DNA from: Chiloscyllium plagiosum
Lineage: Eukaryota
Length of the DNA stretch: 64,000 bases
Direction of reading: 5' to 3'
NCBI RefSeq assembly: GCF_004010195.1
Contig: NC_057717.1
Span: 26,214,509-26,278,508 of the forward strand
A program made the position numbers and the translations under genes. The notes beneath the pieces are model-generated. The model was given only the letters and a program-made list of their open reading frames with translations. It searched no databases and had not been told where the DNA came from. Positions 1 to 12,390 of this stretch are shown one piece after another; positions within the stretch are counted from its first letter, which is position 1, and the number at the start of each line of letters is the position of its first letter.

Positions 1-546
1 TTAGCAGTTTTGAGGCACACCTTTGTAACTTGCTCTGTGTCTATCCATTGAACGCCTGCGTTAATCACTCTCTGCTGCTCATGTGCTGAGGAACATGTTA
101 GTGATTCAGACCAGGCTTCTCACTTACGTTTGACTGACATTTGACTTAAATCTAGTTTTCGTACGTTCATGGAAATGCTGGGGATGGTTTCCTGGAGGCT
201 GTGTTTTAAGCTGCTATGGAAATTTATGAAGACCAGAGGCTTTGGTGATCCAACTCTGGATGAAACATGATGATTGTAGCTTTAGCATCTGGATCTGCAA
301 CTTGATCAACAAATGGAGCAAAGGCTGCAGAGAGGGGAATCTCTGTAAAATGGGATGAGGGAATTACAATCAGATCTGGTTTTAAAGAATGTTGGAGCAG
401 GATTGAATGGCTCGCTCACGCAATTTATTCAGATATTTCTGTTAGTAATAAGCCAATTTCCCTTTTCTCCCAGTGTGACAGACTGGTGGGTAGTGAGTCA
501 CCTCCTCCTGTTCCTGGGGAACAGAAATCTGGGGCCTCACTAGCCT

Positions 547-720
547 CCAGATTTTCCTGTATCCCAGTCTCGAAGAATTGAGTGACTGCCTCCTGTTCCT
601 GTGTGCCAGTCTCGAGCAGTTGAAAGACTGCCTCCTGTCTCTGTGTCCCAGTCTCGAACAGTTGAAAGACTGCATCCTGTCCCTGTGTCCCAGTCTCGAG
701 ACTTGAGTAACTACCTCCTG
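547..720. repeat. 42-bp tandem repeat, about 4 copies (cctcctgtccctgtgtcccagtctcgagcagttgaaagactg)
   Basis: Units start at 589, 631 and 673, and the repeat explains the RLGHRDRRQSFNCS periodicity in ORF 442-825. Confidence 0.85.
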
Positions 721-1257
721 TTTCTCCCGGTTCCTGAGCAGCAGTTTCAATGCTCTGAATGATGTCACAAGGTTAAGAAAGGAGTTGATAACAGGGAATT
801 TTAAACTTGGAGCAACATTACACAAAGGTATCTAGAAACATCTCCACCAATCATTTTATGCAGCTCGTCTGTTATTTTATTCCTGCCTCCTTTTATAAAC
901 AGGGTGAAATGTGTACAATAGTGCAGTGTTCCGACAATACTCCCATATATAGGGAAGACAGATTAAAAAGATTGAAAGATGTATGGTCTATCCCTCAGCA
1001 ACCCTCATCCATTACTTCCAAACCGAGTAAATGTTCCCTTTCATTGTGTTATGTAAAATGATGTAGGGAACTGGTTAACTGAACCTGTTTGATTGGTGAC
1101 TGTGACTAATGTCAGCCTCCATGGATTCTAATTATGCCAGTGGAGGGTTTCTATCTTTTAATGATGAAAGTGCTCCATTGAATATGTTTTCCCATTGTAT
1201 GGGCGGGAGCATCACCGATAGCACTAACAGGGATCGGCTGCTCCAGAGAGATGTAGA

Positions 1258-1503
1258 GATCAGAAATTGAGAATATTAGACTGGAAAGTTCCAACAGTTA
1301 ATCAGAACGTTATATGAGAATGTTACAACAATGGATCAGAATCTGAGAACTTATACGGGAATGTTACAACAATGGATCAGAATCTGAGAACATTCGACTG
1401 GAAAGTTCCAACAGCGGATCAGAATCTGAAAACAATAGACTGGACAGTTCCAACAATGGATCAGAATCTGAGAACAATAGACTAGAATGTTCCAACAATG
1501 GAC
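1258..1503 (+). repeat. 42-bp tandem repeat, about 6 copies, reading MDQNLRTIDW(K/T)VPT; probable N-terminal ectodomain repeat of the adjacent GPCR exon
   Basis: gatcagaatctga starts recur at 1334, 1375, 1417 and 1459. Confidence 0.8.
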
Positions 1504-1625
1504 AGGAGATTATATTTGGATTCTTTCTACATATTATTGGTGGCCGTTAACATCGTGGATCAAATACGCACTTTACATTATACAATGTTTTTATTATCTT
1601 ATCCTGGCTATTGTTGGTGTCCCTG
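1487..1625 (+). CDS. First coding exon of a GPR139-like class A GPCR (N-terminus plus start of TM1); possibly a pseudogene
   Basis: Translates ...IKYALYIIQCFYYLILAIVGVP and ends at a phase-1 donor G|gtaagt (1625/1626). This matches the YYxxLAIVGVP exon-1 end that I recall for the expanded shark GPR139-like family. Exon 2 was not found in the window. Confidence 0.55.
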
Positions 1626-4600
1626 GTAAGTTTCACTGTCGATATATTATTTGCATTAACCATGTGCGACTGTATTACTTTATTTTCATTTACTCTACTC
1701 TGTAAGTATTCACGATCCAAACCAAAACAAACAACAGTGAACTTGTTCATTCTTTCTCTCCTTCGTTAGTTCTGGCACTGGGCCTTGTTGGTTGACCTAC
1801 TCACTTTCAGGTATGAACCAGGATACATTGCATCACCGCCCTTGCTATTTAAATATTGAAAGCTTGGAGGTCGCTGTCTTCTGTTCTGGATGCAAACTCC
1901 ATTTCCTTCCACTGACTCCATCTCATCCCTGGCCAATAACTGAGGCTGAAACAGACGAGTCACAACTACGGTGATCCCTTTGGCCACAAGCTGATTACTG
2001 ACACCATACCCTGACCATTCCTAATTTCAACCATTGACAACTGCAGAATATACTTCACTGGTTCATCCCATCTGCTGTTTGAACCTTCAGCTATGAAACG
2101 CAGTCTTAATAAAGCCAAAAATCTACTGCTGCTTAACCAAATCTGAGTCGGTATTCCATGGCTTGTATCTGAACGCAGACCAAAATCCCATCATTCCTGT
2201 ACGGATTGCTTTATATTGTTGTTGGGTCTGGCAATGCCTTTACATTAATATTCACAAGCACGTCGTCACCTCTGTCTATGACACGGTCCTCAGTCTCCCT
2301 CTGTTAATGACACAAAGCCCTGTCAGTTGTTCACATTTAAACTGATTTCCTCTATGTCTATTCTCTCTCAAATAATAATTTTCATATCTACTACCAACAC
2401 ACACATACACACATACACGCACACACACACACACACTTGCCTTATATTTCGGCAGTGGAGATACAGAGCCATACATTTGTGGGAGCCCATTTACTGTCAC
2501 TCACTGCATGGATTACAAATCTTCCCGTGCAAGACATTTCTGTAGTGCAAGTACAGTAGCAATATACTGGCAAGGGTTTGCAATGGTCCCCATGCTGGGC
2601 AGGTAGGACAGTTGATAGAGTAGTCCACTAGCATGGTGTGCATACCTCTCCATTCTGGCTGGTCCCTTGTCCCAGTTTATGGTGTCTGGGATGATTCTGT
2701 GAGGCAGATTCACAATTTGATGTAACTAACCATTTCAACTGATCTGGCAGTAAATTTATTGAATGCTCTCATTCTTGTGATTGGACCCACCATTGTCTCA
2801 CTTCTCCAGTTACTCCCACTCCCCTGTCTCCTTATCCTTATTTTCACATGTTATCAGTTGATTAATTATTTGTTTTTCTGTACCTTTCCCTGGTGTTGTT
2901 TTTTTGGCTCCCGAGTGTATCGGGTGCTGGCATTGTGTAGCTCAGAAACAATGCAATGGTATGTGGCAGGCTGTTACTCCAAGTTGGAAAGGGGTTCCCA
3001 GCAGCTTTGAGACATGTCTTTAAAACTTGGCCTGTGCCTGACCATTAAAAGCCTGTGTTTGTCTCTCTCAGATGATTATGCGGTTCATAACATGAGGAAA
3101 CCCCTCGAGGATTATTGTCAAGGAACAGATCTCTAACTTGGAGCTGAGGAGCTTCTGACTGAATCCTGATATTTTAAAGTTAGTGGAGTTGCTCGGGATG
3201 ATTTGCTGGGGGTTGTGCTGTGAGCTGCCTCAGACATTCAGGGAGACCTGAGGATTTGTTAACCCAACTCTGCATGGAGCATGGGGACTGTAGTTACAGC
3301 ATCTGGGTCTGCAACATGACCAACAAATGGAGGAGAGACTGCAGAGAGGGGAAGCTCTGAAACCACAGAGTGTGTGTGCAGAAAGGGATCCGCTAAATCT
3401 GCCTGTGTTTTAATGAGGAGACACACATCCTTTCCCTCTCTCCTTTAAATACACCCATGCAAATTCACCCTCTCCTCCCGCACACAAACATTCTCCCCCT
3501 CACTCAAAAGCACACACACACTCTCCCCTCTCTCACACGTACGCACACACTCTCTCTCCCTCCCAGAGACAGATATATCCCCCCTCACTCTCTCACAAAC
3601 ACACACTCTCTCTTCCTCCCACAGACACTCCACCTTGTTTTCAAACACACACACGCACGTGCGCACAAACACACAGACACATAGACACGCACACACACAC
3701 ACATCTAATTTGTAAGATGAATTTTCATTTGCTAGTTTTTATTTCCAGCTGCATTATATTTTCTCAAAAAATATACAATTTGTAGTCAGTCAGTCAATGT
3801 GATATTTTATGAACTCCTACTTTGGAAATAAACCCAAACTGATTCCAGGTGAAGACATATCCGGACTCCAAACAAGATCGCATGCCTAAAATACGTTGTT
3901 TGACTGGAGGGGTCACCTCCTTTACATCGATAATACCTGAAGATATCTCCAGGCAGGACTTGAAAGGAACTCTTGGATTTGCATATTCATCAATCAAAAC
4001 CTGCATCTCCATTCTAACCGATTAATGATTTAGCAGCCATCTTAGATGTGTTCAATTCCTGTGCATGTGTTGTACAATCTGTTCATCTTTTCCTTACAAA
4101 TTTTGTACCTAAGGTCTTCTCTCTCTAACACCTGACGAAGGAGGAGGACAATGAAAGCTTGTGTTTTCAAATAAACCCGTCAGACTATAACCTGTTGCCA
4201 TGCGATTATTGACCTTACTCAACATAGTCCATATCATGGTTTTTTTTTGATTAGCCAAATTTGTCTCCAAGCAAATAAATTGTCCTAACCCCGTGTGCTC
4301 TTGTCTTGCATATTAATCTTTTGTCAAGCATGTTATGCATTGCCTTCTTGAAGTCCAGATATAATAGATCTTTCAGATCTCCATTATTCAACTTGTTTGT
4401 CACATTTTTTAATAAAAAAAAAGGAAAATCATTCAAACATTATTTATCCTCAATAAAATCATATCGACTTTGATGGATTGTGGTTTGACTTTCAAAGTCT
4501 CCTGTTGTTAATTCCTTAATAACAGATTCGAACAATTTGCCTTCAATCCCAATCCTTTGCTCATACCTTTCCATTCCCGAGTGAAGTTGGTTATTCGAAG

Positions 4601-5742
4601 TTCTTCCTTTTCCATAACCTCGACAGTCCGTTTCAATTCCTGTGAAATAGGCACGAGGCTGTAAAAGATCGGCTCCAGTTGCTGTGTAAGAGGCATGGGT
4701 GGCTGATTGGACTCATTCTGTTCCTGCTTTACACACACGATGGGCTGAATGTCCTCCTGATGTTCCTCCACTCTAGATTCGATTGCATATCCCGCACCTG
4801 TTCCTGACCAAGCCGCTCAAGATCTCAATGTCCTCCTCCTGTTGCTCAATGACAAGTTTGGGGACTTATGGAATCTCCCTGCTGTTATGTCACATTTCGA
4901 GTGTTGAAATGTGCAGGAAGTTGCGTTGCCCACAGTGGGTAGCTCAGTGGTTAGCACTGCTGCCTCCCAGAACCAGAGATCTGGGTTCAATTTCAGCCTC
5001 GGGTCACTGTTTGAGTGGAGTTTGCACATTCTCCCGGTGCCTGCAAATAATAGCACAGGCTACATAAATCTTTAAACCGTATATTGTAATGAATTAGTAC
5101 AGTAAATGTCACACTTTAACACTACAGTCACTGACTACAGCCCTGTATCTTTCACCAAGATCTTCACCAGAAATCGCGCGAGCTGACTGACCACGTGATG
5201 TCGATGCAGAACTCCAGTTCTCTCCAAGATATTCCCCTCCCGGTTTGAAATTAAGTTCCTTCTAAACGTAGATTTCAAATCCCACATTCAAGGCTAGCAG
5301 AGCGGATAACATTCCTTCTTTTGCTGAACACACTGAGGGTGCATTTGGCAGACAGAGGGATCCTGAGGATGAGATTTTCTGTTCAGCTGGTGCCAGAGAC
5401 GGACTCCCATAACAGTGAACGGGAGCTCGCTTTATAAAGAAAGGGGCACAATTCACTAATTTTGTTGCAGCGAAATTGCGTTTAATAAACATACCTTTAT
5501 TGGATAACTGCCTGTATATTAAATAGAGGATCAAAATTGATGGACTAAAGCGAATTCAGTAGTTCCTTTTTTTATGTTCCGATGATTAAACACTCTAAAG
5601 GATATGAACACTGTGTGGGGAAAACTGAATTGAGGAGATTTTCACCATGACCTAGAATGGAGGATGCTCAGTGTGTTGAATGACCTACTCCTTTCCCGAT
5701 GTTTCTGTGCAGTCTGTGGGAAAGCTCTGTAAATCCTGCTAC

Positions 5743-5980
5743 CTGCTCTTAGATGTTAGGAAGGAGATCTCTGCAATGTCAACACAGTAGTATTTCCCGT
5801 TCCAATACTGAGGCTGGTGCCGGGTGATCTGTACGGTTTTATCCTTTAAAACCCCAGAACAGTTTGATACAATAGAGTGTCTTGCTTGGCTGTTTCTGAG
5901 ACGATTGAAGAGTTTATCACATGTCTGTGTGTCTGGAGTCACGTTTAGGCCTGACGAGGAAAGCACTGGAGATTCACTTC
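5743..5980 (-). other. Candidate orphan exon, product unidentified
   Basis: Pyrimidine-rich acceptor ttccttcctcggtgcactttcag followed by an open frame SESPVL...CDKLFNRL...NCSGVLKDKTVQIT...WNGKYYCVDIAEISF, in non-repeat sequence. Confidence 0.3.
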
Positions 5981-6319
5981 CTGAAAGTGCACCGAGGAAG
6001 GAAATTGGTGTTTCCAATCGACATTGGCTTCAAGTTCACTATAAATGACTCCAGGTTTTACATCTCGATATTTTATTTATTTTTTAAAAGATATTTTTAT
6101 GAGAAATTTAACATTTTTACAAGTTTACAAAAATAAACAAAACTCTCAGATATAAACATTCTTATACAATTAACTCAAATATACAATAGCCAAAATTTAA
6201 CAAGAGAGAAAAGAAAAAAAAACCGAAAAAGAGAAAAAAACAAAACTCAACTGTCTACTAATCTAACCTACAACTAACCAGAGTGTATATTTAAGTCTCT
6301 TACATGCTCGGAATGTCCT

Positions 6320-7260
6320 TCCAGAGCATTAGCCTGGTCTGGATTAATAATCCAGTCACATTTCCTCAACAGCACCATCTCCACACGGGGACCTATCTGA
6401 AATCACACTGAGCAGGTTATTTCTGTGCCGCTTGACAGCTCTGTCATAAAGAACTCCCACCAATGCGACTATCGCGATGGGACTCAGGGCGTGGTAAATA
6501 GTCAGACTGTTGTTATTCCCTGTTATGGGATTGGACATAGCTGAGTAAATTTCCACATTGCCAGGGAGATGTCAGAGTTGGAGCTGGAATGAAAGAGCTT
6601 CCCCAGGGACACGGCCTGTGGTGCAGCACAAGTCGTCAGTCCTATTGCAGGAATGGGGTCAGGGCCCATTGCCTTTGATTTATCTACTGTGTTCAGCTGT
6701 TTCTTCATGTCACATACAGCAATCAGATCGATTAAAGACTGGCATCTGTGATTCTGCGGGCAGCATGGCGAGGATGAGGTGGATCATCAACTCAACACTT
6801 CTGGCTGAGGACGGTGCAGATAATACAACCATGTCTTTTACACTGATGTACAGGGCTGTCCCGTGATTTAGGATGGTGATGTTTATGGAGTCCTCTCCTC
6901 AGTGAGTTGTTTAATAGTCCATCGACATTTATGTCCGGATGTGGCATCACTGCAGAACTTCGATCTGATTTGTTAGACTTGGGATCATTTCGTCCTCTGT
7001 ATCAGATGTTAGTCCTGCTGTTGCGAATGTAACCAGTCAAGTGCGGTAGCTTTAATGGATTGTCATCAGGTTTAGGTACACATGGTTCCGACTCTATCAT
7101 GTTCACCAGCACTCGTCGCTGAACCATAGATCAGCTTGATATTAATGGTAGGCTGAGGGATTATCCTGGGGAAAATGTTACAGTTTGTAGTTTAATACCA
7201 TTGTGCTGCGGCTGTGATACTACCGCACCACATGAATGCCCACTTTGAGCTCCAATATGC
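6320..7260 (-). mobile_element. Degraded non-LTR retrotransposon (LINE RT fragment)
   Basis: ORF 6523-6708 reads KAMGPDPIPA...LGKLF...WK, the typical LINE pre-RT region. Confidence 0.7.
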
Positions 7261-8199
7261 TCAATTCAATTCGACTGACTGTCTTCCAGTTCACACCAAG
7301 ACCCATTCACCTATCAGCCCTGTACTCAGTGTCTTAACCTGGTATCTGATGTGGTAACACTTCTATTTTCCTTTTCTCATTCTGCTGCAGGTCTCTCTCT
7401 GGTGTCACGCCTCCAACTTGTTACTTTACTCAAACACCTTAACATATGCATCTGAATCTTTTCCATTCCCCCAATGCCATCTTCCCTGTTTGATGTGAAT
7501 GTGTTTCCCTCTGTTTCTCTCCCTGTCCATGATTAAGAGCTTTGCAGTGTCAGTGATGCCAGCATTATGCAGTTTCAGATCAAGGAATTTGTGCACCTTA
7601 CATTATCGCTCACTTCCCAGTGCCTGGCGTTCCGTGTTAGGCAAGATGTTTGAGCAGCTTTAACACACGTCTATGGAGCTTGTTCAAAAACAGAAATTGC
7701 TGACGAAACTCAGCAAGTTTAGCAGCATCTCGTGGAGTGAAAGCAGAGTTAATCTTTCAGGGCCCGTGACGCTTCTACAAAGCTCTCATTTTCTCTAGCA
7801 ATTTTTTTCATTTTTATTTCCAGCATCCATAGTTATTTGTTTAATTTAAAACTTGTTCTGAGCCTATTCATTTCTAGAGAAACTCAACAGGTCTGGCATC
7901 ATCTGCAGAGACAGAGAAACACAGTTAGCATTTCAAGTCCAGTAAGACACTTCTTCAGAACTGCAAACGATTGGAAAATGTGCTTTATAATTCCTTGACA
8001 GATGTGGGGAATGGGTTGACGGGTGAAAGAGGATGTGGCAAAAGATAAACATGCTTTTAGTAGTGGTGAACGAGAAAAATATGTGTAAAAAGTAGCCTAA
8101 CAATTAAAATGTGAATGGGGAAAAGGGATTCTCTCTATTGAGTGAACGATAAAGAAGATACAACCACACAAGGTCATCGGGAGGCCAAGAGGGAGAATG

Positions 8200-9010
8200 T
8201 ACGGAAACTGGAGAACAGTTATAATGGGGTCAGACTGTGAAGTTATGAAATTGTACATTAACTCCTACAGGATATAACGTACGAAAGTGTAAAGTGAGTT
8301 GTTACTCGAGCTTGGGTTGTGCTTCCTTGGAACGTTGCAGCAGCCCAGGGCCGAAATGTTAGCATGAGAGCAAGGTAGGTTATTGTAATGGGACGCAATG
8401 AGAAGGTCAGGGTTATTTCTACAGAGTGGGAGTGTTCCACAAAGCAATCTCTGTTTGGTCTCGCCAATATAGAGAGATTGCATTGTGAGCAGCAATGATA
8501 GGAGACCAGATTGAAAGTTTACAAGTGAAATGCTGCTTCACCTGGAAGGTATGTTTGGTGCCTTGGACAGTGAAGAGGGAAGAGGTGAAATAACAAGTAT
8601 TGCAGCTTCTGCAATTGCATGGGATGGTGCCATGGCGGAATGGGGAAGTGTTCGGGGTGATGGAGAGTGTCACAGAGGGAATGGTCCCTGTGAGACACTG
8701 ACAGTGGACGGGAGGGGAAGCTGTATTTGATGGTGCTGTCCTGCTGGAGATTGTGGATATGGCGTAAGAAGATTATGTGAATGTGGATTCTAGTGCAGGA
8801 GGAAGTGTGGACAAGGAGGAATCTATCATTGTTCTGGGGTGAAGGGGACAGATTGAGGGCAACACCGTGGGAGATGGGACAGTGCCAGCTGAAGGCCCTG
8901 ACCACCAGACTTAGGGGATTTCTGGTTTGAAGGAAAATGAGGTCACGTCAGACGCAGCTCACAGGAATGTGGCATCATCAAACAGAAATAACAAAGATGG
9001 AGAAACTTGG
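8200..9010 (-). mobile_element. Penelope-like element fragment (GIY-YIG region)
   Basis: Peptides PCNCRSCNTC, LYIGETKQRL and RHIHNLQQDSTIK are homologous to the copy at 29640-30610. Confidence 0.8.
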
Positions 9011-9634
9011 AGAATGGAGTCAGCCTTCGCTGATCATGTGTTCAGCCACAGGCAGAAGTTCCCCCTGAATGATTGAAAAGAACCAGGCATCTAAATTGAG
9101 GATTTCAGCCTCACATCTGGTCTGAAGCGGAATGTAAAAACAGACCCAAAGCAAGGCCAGTGAGTATACATGAGCAGACATTCAAGCAGATATCCCAAAC
9201 CGCCCAGTAATTATTTTTTCTGTTCAAAAGAAGAACTCTATAAGCAGGTGAACCACCCATGGTTGACAAAAGCTCACAAGGATACTATTGATGAGCATTA
9301 GTGGAGGGCCAGATTTATAATATTTATTTCAGAGAACATAAGCTGATGTGAGGCATGAATTTCAGCTGTGCTTCCTGATTTCCACGCTAAAAAACACTGC
9401 CACTGCTGCTTCATCCTCTTCCCTGCCCGTCTCCCCTTCCTGATTCCAGTTTCTCCCTCTCAAATTACAGGGTACGTTCTCTCACATCATGGTTCCTACC
9501 CACTTCACCTGAAACTCATTGATTAGGTCTACCTACTCTGGTGTAGCAGCAAGCTGCGTTTTGTGCTGCCACTATGCTCTGGTTTCAGTGTGGCTTGGTC
9601 TCTCCATTCATGCTGTTTTACACTTCCCACTCAC

Positions 9635-9910
9635 ATCTCATTCTGGAAAGTTTCCTTCTTGGTGTAAACCTTATTGAAAACACGTCACCGCCTTTGCACC
9701 AAATTCACATTGTGATCCAAATTTCAAAAGGTATACTCAGCCTTCATCTCACTCTGCTAGAGGTAGACGCTGACCGTGTGGTACAAGAATTCCCCTTCTT
9801 ATATGGTTCAGGCCAAAGATGCGCTTTCACTGTAGAGATCATCACCCCATTTGGACAAAGCATTTCAGGTGTCTAACCTCTTATTGGTACTCGTAAGAGT
9901 TTCATACTGC
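9635..9910 (-). pseudogene. Candidate decayed coding exon (276 bp, phase 2-2), product unidentified
   Basis: AG acceptor after a pyrimidine tract, AT|gtgagt donor, length divisible by 3, and a same-frame antisense ORF at 9574-9876. Six in-frame stops, four of them TGA. Confidence 0.4.
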
Positions 9911-10564
9911 CTTCGTATTGTAACATGGAGAAAAACAAATCACAGTATGAAACTTGGGATGAGTGTTATTTACCTGTCATTTGAATATTGTTTCAAATTT
10001 GCAGCGCTTATCTTTAAATGCTTGTTCGTAAAGTTAGTGTCAGATATTTCAATGATGTAAACAAAATGTAATAGGAGGGAAGCTCTTGAACCGTCTCTAA
10101 CAAAAGGAACAATGATTTTTCAAACAGATAAGAATAAGAGTAGACAGGCCAGCAGTATTTCATTGCTGGTTTTAAAAGAAATGGTCACAGTCTTGGGGTC
10201 ATGGCGTCCTCTCTATCAGATGTTAGTTCTGCTGTTTATCAATATAAGCAGCAAGTGCGGTAGCTTGAATGGGTTGTCATCAGGTTGAGGTACACACGGT
10301 TCTGACCGTGGCATGTTCACCCACACTCATCACTGAACCGGGGATCAGCTTTATTTTAATGGTAGACTGAGAGATTATATTGTGATTGAATATAATTCTA
10401 CTGCTGCTGCTACTACAGCTGCTATGATGTGCAGCATCACATGACTGCCCAGTTTGAGCTGCGATATCTGCAACACAATTCTGTTGCCTGTCCTCAATTC
10501 GCACGGGGACCCGGTCACCCTTCTACCCTGTACACAGTGCCCTATCCCGTTTTCGGATGTGGGA

Positions 10565-10950
10565 ACGCTTCCTTTTTTTGCAAGGTTTGTGAAGGTTTGT
10601 AGCTCAGGTTGAGGTTTAGGATGTAGGTTTGCTTGCTGAGCTGTAGGTTTGATATCCAGAGGTTTCATTACCTGGCACGGTAACATCATCAGTGTTGACG
10701 CCCAAGTGAAGCGAAGCTGTTGTCTCCTGCTTTCTATTTATATCTTTCTCCTGGATAGGGTTCCTGGGGTTTGTGGTGATGTCATTTCCTGTTCGTTTCT
10801 GAGGGGTTGATAGATGGCATCTAGATCGATGTGTTTGTTTATGGTGTTGTGGTTGGAGTGCCAGGCCTCTAGGAATTCTCTGGCATGTCTTTGCTTAGCC
10901 TGTAACAGGATAGATGTGTTGTCCCAGTCGAAATGGTGGGTTTTTCATCC
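10565..10950 (-). mobile_element. Penelope-type terminal fragment with a hammerhead-like motif at about 10656-10695
   Basis: Absent from the paralogous segment near 7.3 kb. The minus strand reads CTGATGA-t-GTTACC-gtgcca-GGTAAT-GAAAC. Confidence 0.6.
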
Positions 10951-11917
10951 TTTTTTAAAATTCTCATTCTTTTAGGGTCGCTCGATGATACCATGCCTCC
11001 AATTTGCGACATTCCTCAAAACCATTTAACGTTTTCATGTGAATCTTTTTCCCTCCAGTAATGCCAGCTTCTGTTTAAAGCGAATGGGTTTCCCTCTGTT
11101 TCACTCCCTGACCATGATTAAGAGCTCTGTCGTGTCGGTGATGACAGCCTTATATAGTTTCAGAGCAAATGAATTTGTATACCTTGTGTTATAATTCACT
11201 TCCTGGTGTTTGACTCTCCATGTTGGACAGGGCGTGTGAGCAGATTTGACACATATGTTTGAACCTTGTTCAAAAACAAAAATTGCTGAAGACACTGACA
11301 AGTCTGACAGCATCTGTGGAGTGAAAGCAGGGGTAATCTTTCAGGTTCGGTGACTGTCCCTCAAAGCACCCAGTAAGTCCAACAATTTTTGTTTTTGTTT
11401 CAGATTTCTTGTATCCAATGATCTTTGTTATATTGAAAATGTGTTCTGTAACTTTTCATTTTTGAAGGAACTCAGTGGGTCTGGCAACACCTGCAGAGAC
11501 AGAGAAACAATGTTAATGTTTCAAGTCCAGTGTAAATCTTCTTCAGACGTGTAAAGGATTGGAAAGTGAGTGTTTTAGTATCTTGGCAGAGGTGGGAAAG
11601 AGTGTTTGGAGGCCCAGTGTGAAAGGCCCAGCTTTAAATTGTGGTGAAAGACACACAGATATATAATTGGTGCAAATTAATATGCAAATATTAGTATTGA
11701 TTTTCTCTGTTGAATGCAATATAAAACAGACACGATCTTAGGGAGCCCAGGAGGGAGAGTGTACAGAAAATGGAGAACAGCCACAATGGGTTCAGGCTGT
11801 GAATTTATGGAATTGAATATTAACTCCTCCAGACTGTAACGTACCAAAGTGTAAAGTGCGATGTTAACTGAGCTTGGGTCGTGCTTCATTGGAACATTGC
11901 CGCAGCCTGCATTTTCT

Positions 11918-12207
11918 TTGAATCCCTACGGTGTGGAAATAGGCCCTTCGGCCCAACGGGTCTATACTGACCTTCCAAAGAGTATGAGAACCAATCCCAT
12001 TCTCTACCCTAATACTATACACAGACCCTTGACTATTGCACCTAACCTCAACATCACTGAACACCATCGGCAATTCAGCACGGCCAGTTCACCTAACCTG
12101 CACAACTTTGAACTGTGGCAGGAAACTGGAGCACCCAGAGAAAGTCGAACCCAGGTCCCTGATGCTGTGAGGCAGCAGTGCAAACCACTGAGCCACAGTG
12201 CCATCCC
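11918..12207 (-). mobile_element. tRNA-derived shark SINE (internally deleted)
   Basis: Reverse complement of the SINE at 21403; it interrupts a Penelope fragment. Confidence 0.8.
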
Positions 12208-12390
12208 GGACCGAAATATTTTAAGGCCACAAGATTATACGAACAGAAATGAAGCCAGTCGGACCATCAAGAATGCTCCACTATTCGATCACGACTGATA
12301 GATTTTCAATCACATTTCCCTGCTTCCTCTCAGTAACCTTTGATTCCCTTGTCAATCAAGAACTTATCTGTCTCTGTTTTAAATATACTA

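Noticed and set aside
3445-3702. ORFs rich in VC or HT repeats
   Set aside because: CA/CT microsatellite-like low-complexity sequence.
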